From positions 10,652 to 74,651 of the forward strand of contig JBHOTF010000003.1 in NCBI GenBank assembly GCA_042584005.1: DNA of 64,000 nt, in the 5' to 3' direction. This stretch comes from Bacteroidota bacterium (lineage in GTDB: Bacteria > Bacteroidota > Bacteroidia > Bacteroidales > JBHOTF01). Position numbers and translations under genes: made by a program. Positions 16,657-25,679 of this stretch are shown here, one piece after another. The notes under the pieces are model-generated. The model was not told where the DNA came from, did not search any database, and worked only from the letters and a program-made list of their open reading frames with translations. Position 1 is the first letter of the stretch, and every line of letters begins with the position of its first letter.

Positions 16657-17610
16657 TTGAAAACGACACATAAATATCCCATATTTTTTCTGTTTTGTGC
16701 ATTAATCCTCATTAATTGTACAAAAGAAAATATAGCACCTGTAGGTGATTTTTCTGTATATCCGAGAAGAGGTGATACTACTACCATCTTTTCATTTGAT
16801 GCTTCATTATCCTTAGATGCTGAAGAAAGCTTTGTTGGATTATATGTCCGCTGGGATTGGGAAAGTGACGGGATTTGGGATACACATTTTACCCGGGAAA
16901 AAACAATAAATCACATGTTTGAAACCAGTGGATACAAAAATGTAACTATGGAAGTAAAAGATAAAGCAGAAAATATATCAAGTATTAGCAAAGAAATTAT
17001 TGTAGGCAAAAATCTTAGTTCTACAATAACCGACCTCCGCGATAAGCAAATATACAGAATAGTTAAGATTGGAGATCAATGGTGGTTTGCAGAAAATCTT
17101 AATATAGGAATAAATATTGATACAAATAAAATCCAAATGGATAATGGAATAATTGAGAAATATTGTCATACTAATATTCCTGCTAATTGTAAAAAATCAG
17201 GAGCAGTGTATTTATGGGGTGAAATGATTAATTATACCAGATATACTGCAATACAGAAGTTGCAGCCAACAGATATAATTGTTAAAGGAATTTGTCCTGA
17301 TGGATGGCATATTCCCTCATTAAATGAATGGCAAACAATGTTAGAATATTTACCACGCGATACAGACCAAATTTTAGAGGGAGGGCTTTATGGAATAGAT
17401 TTTACAAGAAATTCATGGGAATTGTTTTCCCGTTCAGAAAATGCTCCTAAATGGACATATAGAAATTCATCCTTCTGGAGTTCAAGTATGATTAATAATT
17501 TTCACTATTCTGTAGAACCGGTTATTGAAGGCTATTGGTGGGCTAATTATGGAAATAACGCAATGGCAGTAAGATGTATTAAAGACATTGAACCGGACAT
17601 AATATTTTAA
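16657..17610 (+). CDS. Lipoprotein with PKD domain + FISUMP (Fibrobacter succinogenes major paralogous) domain, copy A
   Basis: A TTG start is needed to keep the signal/lipobox FFLFCALILINCTKE. PKD: TTIFSFDASLSLD..VRWDWESDGIWD. FISUMP: DLRDKQIYRIVKIGDQWWFAENLN..ICPDGWHIPSLNEWQTM..AMAVRCIKD. Confidence 0.85.
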   Translation: MKTTHKYPIFFLFCALILINCTKENIAPVGDFSVYPRRGDTTTIFSFDASLSLDAEESFVGLYVRWDWESDGIWDTHFTREKTINHMFETSGYKNVTMEVKDKAENISSISKEIIVGKNLSSTITDLRDKQIYRIVKIGDQWWFAENLNIGINIDTNKIQMDNGIIEKYCHTNIPANCKKSGAVYLWGEMINYTRYTAIQKLQPTDIIVKGICPDGWHIPSLNEWQTMLEYLPRDTDQILEGGLYGIDFTRNSWELFSRSENAPKWTYRNSSFWSSSMINNFHYSVEPVIEGYWWANYGNNAMAVRCIKDIEPDIIF

Positions 17611-17614
17611 ACTG

Positions 17615-18733
17615 TTGAAAAGAATTAAAAAAGATAATATTAGATTGATCAATAATCTGAATTGTACAACACTTTTGTTTTTATGTTTATTATTTTCTTT
17701 TTCATGTAATCCTGAAGTAGATGACTTTATTGAAAGCAGGCCTTTAGCTGTTGTAAATTGTATCTTCGAATTGGAAGGATGGGAAACAAGATTAGCACAA
17801 AATAATACTTTGAAAACAAATTATGTAAGATTAGAGAAATCTTATAATGGAGGTCAGGACGCCAATATTAGTGCAAAAATTTCTGATTCAATTTATTTTG
17901 ACAATGCTGATGTAAGAATACAATACTGTCTTGAAGGAAATATATTATTTACAACGGTATTAGAAAAAACATATGATATTGTTAAAGAGCCCGGAATGTT
18001 TTCTGCAAACGATTATTTTATTTATAAAACTATAGATCATATTGTACCACCGTTTTTTGATACAGTCAGGCTTGTTATTGATATCCCCGGCGAAGATTTA
18101 TTAATTAGCTCAGAAGCTCCTTATACTCCTGCTCCTAAAATAACGGCTGCCGCAACATCATCAGGAGAAATTAATTTTTTTGACAATAATAATTTTAGCA
18201 TTCACTGGCTTGATGAAGGATGTTTTTATGAAGAAATAATGAGAATACGTTATAAAGAATTAATTAATGGTGAATTATTTGACAGAGTTCTTTACTGGAA
18301 AAAAACAAGATTCTCATTCAAAAATTATGATTATTATGATTGGTTAGAATATTATAACACAATTTACATTAATAGGGGATATACAAATCGCCCGGAAAAG
18401 ATTCCAAAAAGCTCAGAACTATCAGTAATTTATTATCCTCAAGATTTTTATAGAAGTATGGCATCCAAAATCGAGAAAAATGATTCTGTACAAAGCAGAA
18501 AATTAAGCGGGATTGATATATTCGTTTATGCATCAACTAAATATCTTCGGGAATATATGAGTTTTTCAAACTTCCCTACAGATAATGAGAATGTATACTC
18601 AAATATAAAAAATGGAAGCGGTGTTTTTGCTACTTCCTGCTCAGACAGTATTATTAATTTAAAACTTAATGAGGCTTCTGAAGATTACCTGATAAATGGC
18701 CCATATACAAAACATTTAAAGTTTGTTTATTAA
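17615..18733 (+). CDS. DUF4249-like lipoprotein, copy X1
   Basis: TTG start 4 nt after the upstream stop. Lipobox LLFSFSCNPE. C-terminal NIKNGSGVFATSCS..ASEDYLINGPYTKHLKF is shared with X2 and X3 and reminiscent of DUF4249. The family call is from memory only. Confidence 0.7.
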   Translation: MKRIKKDNIRLINNLNCTTLLFLCLLFSFSCNPEVDDFIESRPLAVVNCIFELEGWETRLAQNNTLKTNYVRLEKSYNGGQDANISAKISDSIYFDNADVRIQYCLEGNILFTTVLEKTYDIVKEPGMFSANDYFIYKTIDHIVPPFFDTVRLVIDIPGEDLLISSEAPYTPAPKITAAATSSGEINFFDNNNFSIHWLDEGCFYEEIMRIRYKELINGELFDRVLYWKKTRFSFKNYDYYDWLEYYNTIYINRGYTNRPEKIPKSSELSVIYYPQDFYRSMASKIEKNDSVQSRKLSGIDIFVYASTKYLREYMSFSNFPTDNENVYSNIKNGSGVFATSCSDSIINLKLNEASEDYLINGPYTKHLKFVY

Positions 18734-18787
18734 AATATTGAAGGTTGGATTTATTGTAGAGATTTAAGAAGAATAAAATAAATTTTT

Positions 18788-19885
18788 GTGATAAAAAGAA
18801 AATATTTATATCTGTCAATTATGTGTTCATTATTAATATCATGCGAAACTGAAATTGATATTAGTTATGAGGAAGAAGTTTTACCTGTTGTATACGGATT
18901 AATAGAAAGAGATATTAAACCCTATCGTAGAGGGGTTTATGAATATCCAAGTGTTTATACCAATTATATAAAAATTGGCAAATCATTTTATGCAACTTAC
19001 AGACCTGATTTAACAGCAAAAATCACAGATTCACTATATTTTAATGAAGCAAAAGTAAAACTGCAATATTGTTTTATGGGGGAAGTGATTTCAGAAACAA
19101 TACTTGAAAAAACTACAGGTATAATTAAAGATAATGGATTCTTTTCCGATGACAAGAATATTCTTTATAAAACTGTTCCCCACAATTTTCCGGCCCGGAT
19201 GGATACAGTGAGGCTTGTTATTGAATTGCCAGGCCTGGAAAAGATTATTACTTCTTCCACACCAAAACGTGCTGCCCCGCAGCTTTTTAGTCCCCGATGG
19301 ATATTCGAGGAGGGTAGGGAAATTACATTTTATTATAATAATAGAGGAAATTATTTTGAAGTATTATGGTACGATTGGGGAGGATATTATGAATTATTTA
19401 TGAAAGTGAATTATACAAATTACTATTACAGTGGATTACAAGAACAAAAAGCAGTGTCATACCAAAGATCTTATTTAAGCAACAGAAAACCAGAATGGGA
19501 CTATATGAACTGGTATGAAACATGGGATGAAGGAAGATGGTATATATATTCGAATGGTTCAGTGATATCGAAAATTTTCTTTTATGCAGATGAATTTTAC
19601 AGGTTTATCAATATGAGCATTAAAGAAGATCCGGATATTGAATACAGAAGATTTAATAATATAGAGTTTTCTATAAATAATGCTGATAAAGAGTATTTTG
19701 AATATATAAATTTTGGAACTACAATGGTTGATCAGGGTCGTAAATTTACTAATATTAATAACGGCCTGGGAATATTTAGCTGTATATCTAAAACAGTAAA
19801 AAGTAATGTTTTATTAAAACAACAATCTCTTGATTCATTAGCTCAAGGAAAATTTACAAAACATCTTAAATTTCGAAATTATTAA
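18788..19885 (+). CDS. DUF4249-like lipoprotein, copy X2
   Basis: GTG start. Lipobox CSLLISCETE. NINNGLGIFSCISK..SLDSLAQGKFTKHLKF. Roughly three-quarters identical to X3 by eye. Confidence 0.72.
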   Translation: MIKRKYLYLSIMCSLLISCETEIDISYEEEVLPVVYGLIERDIKPYRRGVYEYPSVYTNYIKIGKSFYATYRPDLTAKITDSLYFNEAKVKLQYCFMGEVISETILEKTTGIIKDNGFFSDDKNILYKTVPHNFPARMDTVRLVIELPGLEKIITSSTPKRAAPQLFSPRWIFEEGREITFYYNNRGNYFEVLWYDWGGYYELFMKVNYTNYYYSGLQEQKAVSYQRSYLSNRKPEWDYMNWYETWDEGRWYIYSNGSVISKIFFYADEFYRFINMSIKEDPDIEYRRFNNIEFSINNADKEYFEYINFGTTMVDQGRKFTNINNGLGIFSCISKTVKSNVLLKQQSLDSLAQGKFTKHLKFRNY

Positions 19886-19889
19886 TTAA

Positions 19890-20900
19890 ATGAAAATATC
19901 CATTACTTTGAAACACTTATTTAAACATATTGTATTATTTCTGTTTTGTTCATTAATATTTTTAAACTGCAAAAAAGAAAATATTCCTCCTGTCGCAATG
20001 TTCTCATATTATCCTGAAGAAGGTGATTCTACAACTATATTTTCTTTTGATGCTTCAGTATCCTTTGATAAGGAAAATTATAAGGGAGCCTTACAAGTTA
20101 GATGGGACTTTAATAATGACGGAGAGTGGGATACTGATTTTTCCTATGAAAAACAACATAACTATTGTTTTCCCCAATCCGGACTGTTTAATGTCAGACT
20201 TGAAGTTATTGATAATGGGGGCTTGTCTGGAAGTGTTGTGAAAGAGATGTATATACTTTCTGAGAATATTAAATCTACCTTAACAGATGAAAGAGATGGC
20301 AGGGTATACAAAATTGTAAGAATTGAAGATCAATGGTGGATGTCTGAAAATCTTAACTACGGAACACAAATTAAATCTAATATATTCCAGACTGATAACG
20401 ATACTGTTGAAAAGTATTTTTTCTATAATAATGATTCATTAGGCAATATTCATGGAGGTTTATATGAGTGGGATGAAGCAATGAATTACTCAAAAGATAC
20501 TTCCGCTCAGGGAATTTGTCCTTCAGGATGGCATATCCCGACTCAAAATGACTGGAATAAAGTTTTAGAAAAATACAATCCTACCGTAGCACAATATTAT
20601 GAACCTGAGGGTCAAACAGGCCTCGATTTTATTACTACAGGGATGTTATGGCATGATATTAATATTGATAAGTGGATATACAGACGATGGCGAAATAAAA
20701 GTCCGGATGGTTATTATGTTGAAAATTTCTGGACATCGGAAATGATACCAAGAAATTTTAATCAGGCATCCATTAACTTTTATGCAAAGTATAAAAAACA
20801 ATTGATCTACTATCTTGATTTGTATTATACATATCCGTTTAAATATGGTTATAGTTCAGGGATGTCTGCTATGCCTATACGTTGTGTTAAGTACAATTAG
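19890..20900 (+). CDS. Lipoprotein with PKD domain + FISUMP domain, copy B
   Basis: ATG 4 nt after the X2 stop. Lipobox LIFLNCKKE. PKD: TTIFSFDASVSFD..VRWDFNNDGEWD. FISUMP: DERDGRVYKIVRIEDQWWMSENLN..ICPSGWHIPTQNDWNKV..AMPIRCVK. Confidence 0.85.
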   Translation: MKISITLKHLFKHIVLFLFCSLIFLNCKKENIPPVAMFSYYPEEGDSTTIFSFDASVSFDKENYKGALQVRWDFNNDGEWDTDFSYEKQHNYCFPQSGLFNVRLEVIDNGGLSGSVVKEMYILSENIKSTLTDERDGRVYKIVRIEDQWWMSENLNYGTQIKSNIFQTDNDTVEKYFFYNNDSLGNIHGGLYEWDEAMNYSKDTSAQGICPSGWHIPTQNDWNKVLEKYNPTVAQYYEPEGQTGLDFITTGMLWHDINIDKWIYRRWRNKSPDGYYVENFWTSEMIPRNFNQASINFYAKYKKQLIYYLDLYYTYPFKYGYSSGMSAMPIRCVKYN

Positions 20901-20904
20901 CCAA

Positions 20905-22011
20905 ATGATTTGTATTAAAAGAAAATATTTATCCTTATTAACTCTACTATCACTTTTACTGTCGTGTGAGACTGAAATTGATATTAGTTATGAGGGAGAA
21001 ATTTTACCTGTTGTATTCGGAGTGGTAGAAAGAGATATTAAACCATATCGTCCTGGTGTTAACGAATATCAAAGTGTATATACAAATTATATTAGAATTG
21101 GTAAAACTTTTTCAGCTAAATACAGACCTGATTTAACAGCAAAAATTGTTGACTCACTTTATTTCAAAGAAGCAAAAGTTAAACTTGAATATTGTTTTAT
21201 GGGACAAGTGGTTTCAGAAACAATACTTGAAAAAACCACAGAAATAATTAAGGATAAAGGATTCTTTTCCGATGATAGTAATATACTTTATAAAACTGTT
21301 CCTCACATTTTTCCGGCCCGTATGGATACGATCAGGCTTGTTATTGAATTGCCATACAGAGATAAACTTGTTACTTCTGCATCAGCAAAACGAGCTCCGC
21401 CTCAGCTATTTAGCCCCAAATGGAGATTAATGCCGGGAAGGGAAATTGCTTTTTATAAAAGAGGCGGTTTTGAAATCTTATGGTACGATTGGGGTGGATA
21501 TTATGAATTGATTATGAAAGTTAATTATACAAATCATTATTCCAGTGGTGAACAGGAGGATAAAGCTGTAAATTATAGGAAATCATTTATTAGTACAAGA
21601 GAGAAAGAATGGGATTACATGAACTGGTATGAAATAATGGATGGTAATCCATTTAATCAAGGATGGAGCATATTCTCAAATGGATCAATAATATCTAAAA
21701 TGACCTATTCTCCCGATCATTTTTATAACTTCATTGGAAAGAATATTGAAGAAGATCCTAATATAGAATCCAGAACGTTCAAGCATATAGAATTTTGCAT
21801 TTTTAATGCTGATAAAAAATATTATGATTATATTTATTATAGTGATGCAAAAATTGACCAACGAATGAAATTTACAAATATTGAGAATGGACTGGGGTTC
21901 TTTACCACCATATCAAGACTGGTGAAGAATAATGTTTATTTAAAAAGGCAATCAATGGATTCTCTGGCAAGAGGACAGTTCACTAAACATCTCAAATTTA
22001 TGATTGATTAA
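20905..22011 (+). CDS. DUF4249-like lipoprotein, copy X3
   Basis: Start chosen at ATG 20905 (MICIKRKYLSLLTLLSLLLSCETE, signal + lipobox), 4 nt after the FISUMP-B stop. The track start 20815 overlaps the upstream gene and buries the signal. Confidence 0.75.
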   Translation: MICIKRKYLSLLTLLSLLLSCETEIDISYEGEILPVVFGVVERDIKPYRPGVNEYQSVYTNYIRIGKTFSAKYRPDLTAKIVDSLYFKEAKVKLEYCFMGQVVSETILEKTTEIIKDKGFFSDDSNILYKTVPHIFPARMDTIRLVIELPYRDKLVTSASAKRAPPQLFSPKWRLMPGREIAFYKRGGFEILWYDWGGYYELIMKVNYTNHYSSGEQEDKAVNYRKSFISTREKEWDYMNWYEIMDGNPFNQGWSIFSNGSIISKMTYSPDHFYNFIGKNIEEDPNIESRTFKHIEFCIFNADKKYYDYIYYSDAKIDQRMKFTNIENGLGFFTTISRLVKNNVYLKRQSMDSLARGQFTKHLKFMID

Positions 22012-22129
22012 TTTTATAATCTTTTGATGCAAAAATTCCTGGTTCATTGCTATTAGAAAAAAAGCTATTCCTGTACCGTGTAGATTCTTAAAATTTCATA
22101 ACTTGCAGGACCAAACAAACAATTATTTT

Positions 22130-24658
22130 ATGAAATTGACAAAATCCATCCGATTTACAGTATCTATTATTGCTATAGCCATTATGTGTCTTGCTCCAAA
22201 TAAGTCAGACAAAGGCTTATTAGAAAAAGAAGCTTATACACCGAACGATTGGTTATTAGCCCAGCGAGTATTTCCATTTGGTCATCTGAACCCTGAAGCA
22301 TACGAAGCTTCACGGAAACAAGCCATTGCCGTTCAGGAAGAATTACGCAATCTCAAATCAGGAGGTCAAGAATGGGAATTTGCCGGTCCCTTGAATGTAG
22401 GAGGCCGGGTAACAGATGTAGAAATGCATTCTGCAGACCCTAACACTATATTTGCCTGTGCTGCTTCCGGAGGAATCTATAAGACTATTGACCAGGGTAG
22501 AGAATGGACCCAAATTTTTGATGGCTATCAGACTCTGTCAATTGGAGATATGGACATCGCCCAGACAGATAAAAGGATACTTTACGTGGGCACAGGGGAG
22601 CCAAACGGCGGTAATGGTTCTGTTACCTACGATGGTTATGGGGTATATAAATCAACTGATGAAGGAGAAAGTTTTACACATGTTGGATTAGAAAATGCCG
22701 GAGGTATTGGTAAGGTTGAAATTGATCCAAGCAATCCAAACAGGGTTTTTGTTGCTGCTATGGGAAACCTGTTCTCAAATAATCCCGAAAGAGGTATCTA
22801 TCGGACAATTGATGGCGGCGAAACCTGGGAAAATGTTTTATTTATTTCGGATTCCACAGGTGGTATTGATCTTATTATTCATCCCACAAATCCGGATACG
22901 ATTTATGCCACTATGTGGGAACGTATTCGATTTGCTGATCATAGGGCATACGGAGGCCTCACCAGTGGAATGTACAGGAGCTATGATGGTGGCGACACAT
23001 GGGAGCAATTGACCAATGGACTGCCTACCGGACAAATCAGTAGGATTGGCATCGGAATGTGTGAATCCCAACCAAACGTTATATATGCACATTATTCTGA
23101 TAGTAACATGAATTGGATAGATTTGTTCAAAACAACTGATGGTGGCGACACCTGGGTTGGAACAGAATCCAATATTCAGGGCAATTATTGGGAAGGTAAG
23201 GTGCATGTGGATCCGACCAATCCAGATATCCTCTGGTCAATGGGAGTAAGCATGTATTATTCCAATAATGGAGCTGAATCGTGGACTACGGTGAACGATA
23301 ATGATTTCTGGGTCGACCAACATGCGGTGTATGTTCACCCCGCAGATAATCAATTGGTGGTAATAGGGAATGATGGTGGAGTTTATGTTTCCAGAGATGG
23401 GTCATCAAACCTTACAAAAGCATATACCCTACCCATTACCCAATTTTATACCTGTGAAGCCAATTTCCATGATTCCAAAGATATCATGGGTGGAACTCAG
23501 GACCGTGGCACTCAGCGTTCAGAGAGTGGTGATCCAATGGAATGGGGAAGCATTAATGGAGGAGATGGTTTTATTGTTAGGGTAGACCCCAGCAATCCAA
23601 ATTACATGTATGCGGCCTCTCAAAGAGGAGGTTTTCGAAGGTCTACAGATGGAGGCTCAAGTTTTAGAAGTGCTCGCCCGGCAAATGGGGAAAGATATAA
23701 TTGGAAGACTCCTTATGTACTCGATCCAAATAACCCAAGCACCTTGTATTTGGGATCACACAGACTGTACCGCTCAACAACCCGGGCCAGAACATGGACA
23801 AGAATCAGTGATGATCTTACTAACGGAGATCAACCTCCGTGGAATTACGGTACCATCAGCACGGTGGCCGTTTCTCCGGTAAATTCCAATATTATTCTGG
23901 CCGGAACAGACGACGGAAATGTATGGATCAATCCTGATGTCTCAGTTTCTGACAATTGGATCAAAGTTTCTGAAAATCTTCCATGGAGATGGGTGAGCTG
24001 TGTGGCAGCAGATCCATTTGACGAAAACACTGCATACGTTACTTTCACTGGATTAAGGTATTTTGATTATGTTCCGCATGTATTCAGAACCACAGATTTA
24101 GGTGCCAACTGGACGGATGTTTCCGGTAACCTTCCGGATTTCCCTGTCAATAATATCCAAATCGATCCTGATTTTCCCAATACTTATTATCTGGCAACTG
24201 ATGGGGGTGTTTATACTACACAGGACGGTGGAGATCATTGGGAATTAATGGCACCCGGTATGCCAAATGCTCCGGTTTTGGACCTTAATATCCACAGACC
24301 AACCCGAACCTTGCTTGCTGCTACTTTTGGACGATCAATGTGGCGTATTGATTTGGCTTCGGCAACAGGAATCCAAAATCCAATTAAAACAGTCTCAAAA
24401 ATTAATGCATTTCCAAATCCATCAAGCCAGCAGGTTAATTTGAGTATTGATCTTGATAGTCGCCAGGAAGGTGAATTATTAGTATTTGACATCACAGGTA
24501 AGCTGATTAGAAAAGTATATGAAGGCTCTTTTGCACAAGGGAAACAGACATTTACATGGGATGGAAATAACTTCGGTAACCGGCGAATACCCGGAATGTA
24601 TATTTGCCGCTTAATTACCAATAAATCAACTCAAGCTATTCGGATACAGATTCAATAG
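22130..24658 (+). CDS. BNR/Asp-box repeat beta-propeller protein (sortilin/VPS10- or GH74-like) with a T9SS type A C-terminal sorting domain
   Basis: Start chosen at MKLTKSIRFTVSIIAIAIMCLA. At least 8 Asp-boxes are present: TIDQGREW, STDEGESF, TIDGGETW, SYDGGDTW, TTDGGDTW, STDGGSSF, TTDLGANW, TQDGGDHW. The C-terminal ~80 aa (FPNPSSQQVNLSIDL..LLVFDITGKLIRKV..GMYICRLITNKSTQAIRIQ) looks like Por_Secre_tail. Confidence 0.85.
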   Translation: MKLTKSIRFTVSIIAIAIMCLAPNKSDKGLLEKEAYTPNDWLLAQRVFPFGHLNPEAYEASRKQAIAVQEELRNLKSGGQEWEFAGPLNVGGRVTDVEMHSADPNTIFACAASGGIYKTIDQGREWTQIFDGYQTLSIGDMDIAQTDKRILYVGTGEPNGGNGSVTYDGYGVYKSTDEGESFTHVGLENAGGIGKVEIDPSNPNRVFVAAMGNLFSNNPERGIYRTIDGGETWENVLFISDSTGGIDLIIHPTNPDTIYATMWERIRFADHRAYGGLTSGMYRSYDGGDTWEQLTNGLPTGQISRIGIGMCESQPNVIYAHYSDSNMNWIDLFKTTDGGDTWVGTESNIQGNYWEGKVHVDPTNPDILWSMGVSMYYSNNGAESWTTVNDNDFWVDQHAVYVHPADNQLVVIGNDGGVYVSRDGSSNLTKAYTLPITQFYTCEANFHDSKDIMGGTQDRGTQRSESGDPMEWGSINGGDGFIVRVDPSNPNYMYAASQRGGFRRSTDGGSSFRSARPANGERYNWKTPYVLDPNNPSTLYLGSHRLYRSTTRARTWTRISDDLTNGDQPPWNYGTISTVAVSPVNSNIILAGTDDGNVWINPDVSVSDNWIKVSENLPWRWVSCVAADPFDENTAYVTFTGLRYFDYVPHVFRTTDLGANWTDVSGNLPDFPVNNIQIDPDFPNTYYLATDGGVYTTQDGGDHWELMAPGMPNAPVLDLNIHRPTRTLLAATFGRSMWRIDLASATGIQNPIKTVSKINAFPNPSSQQVNLSIDLDSRQEGELLVFDITGKLIRKVYEGSFAQGKQTFTWDGNNFGNRRIPGMYICRLITNKSTQAIRIQIQ

Positions 24659-24708
24659 TCTGAGTACAAATTCCAGTTCATGTGAGCAGTGGTTTTGTAA
24701 TTAAAAAG

Positions 24709-25557
24709 CTATTTCATTTTGTAAAGTAGCTCCTTTACAACTGTTATCATCATTTCATGTCTTGCTCCAACAGTTCGGATAATTCCGTTCTCATCAAGAA
24801 TATATGTTTGTGGCCAGCCGGAGACATTCCATCTTGTAGCTATAGGTCCTTTAGTACCCCCTCCGTCAAAAAATGAACGATAATTAAGATTATTTTCCTT
24901 CTTATATACTTTTGCAACTTCCATTGGATCACTATTAACGCTGACAATATCCACAGGATCATCCTTAAATAACTCCAATAGGAATCGCTGATATGGATAT
25001 TCACTTCTGCATGGGCCACACCATTGTCCGGAAAATACCAACACTGTTATTTTTCCTCTATAGTCTTTTAATTCAAATGGAACACCTTTAATATCCTCTC
25101 CAACAATATTTGGTGCTTCTTTTCCAGGCATCAGGTTGTTTAGTTGAAATAGACGCTTATCAATATTATCAGAAGCATTGGGATATAAAACCTTCAATTC
25201 GTTAAAATAATCTTTAACTAATGTTGTTTGCTCAGGGCTTAATACTCCCTGGCTTAGTCGATTAAAAAACCTCCAGAAATGTAATCCGGATTCTTTTACA
25301 AAATCAGCCTGAACTGTACTGTCTTTAATATGTTCTTCCAGTAAATAAAGTAAATCATCAACAAATTCATCCGGGAAAATTTCTCCATCTGTTTCGTATG
25401 CACTGGCAGGCCTGAAACCGGTACTTGCATTCACTGAATCAGATTGTAATTTTGCTAATATCCAATTTGTTTCTGTTTGATTGGAGCAATTAATCAATAA
25501 AAAAACTCCGCAAATTAGAATAAGGCAATAAATAAGGTTTATTCTTAGGTTTTTCAT
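24709..25557 (-). CDS. TlpA/ResA-like thiol-disulfide oxidoreductase (thioredoxin fold) with signal/lipoprotein N-terminus and an extra N-terminal domain
   Basis: Signal LILICGVFLLINCSNQ. Active-site motif VLVFSGQWCGPCRSEYP. Confidence 0.85.
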   Translation of the reverse strand: MKNLRINLIYCLILICGVFLLINCSNQTETNWILAKLQSDSVNASTGFRPASAYETDGEIFPDEFVDDLLYLLEEHIKDSTVQADFVKESGLHFWRFFNRLSQGVLSPEQTTLVKDYFNELKVLYPNASDNIDKRLFQLNNLMPGKEAPNIVGEDIKGVPFELKDYRGKITVLVFSGQWCGPCRSEYPYQRFLLELFKDDPVDIVSVNSDPMEVAKVYKKENNLNYRSFFDGGGTKGPIATRWNVSGWPQTYILDENGIIRTVGARHEMMITVVKELLYKMK

Positions 25558-25679
25558 AATATCATTTATAAACTATTAATTTACAATATTACCAAAATTG
25601 CATATCTTTATTACACATATATAACAACTTTAATAAACAAAAAGATATGACCTATTTTCTAAACTATAAATTATTAATA

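Noticed and set aside
20815-20904. Upstream extension of X3 given in the track (start 20815)
   Set aside because: It overlaps the end of FISUMP-B by 86 nt and places 30 residues in front of an obvious signal/lipobox. ATG 20905 reproduces the 4-nt coupling seen at the other junctions.
22452-24621. Eight 67-128-aa ORFs in other frames or on the other strand inside the BNR propeller gene
   Set aside because: They are fully nested in a well-supported 843-aa gene with repeated Asp-boxes. Their abundance is explained by the locally higher GC content.
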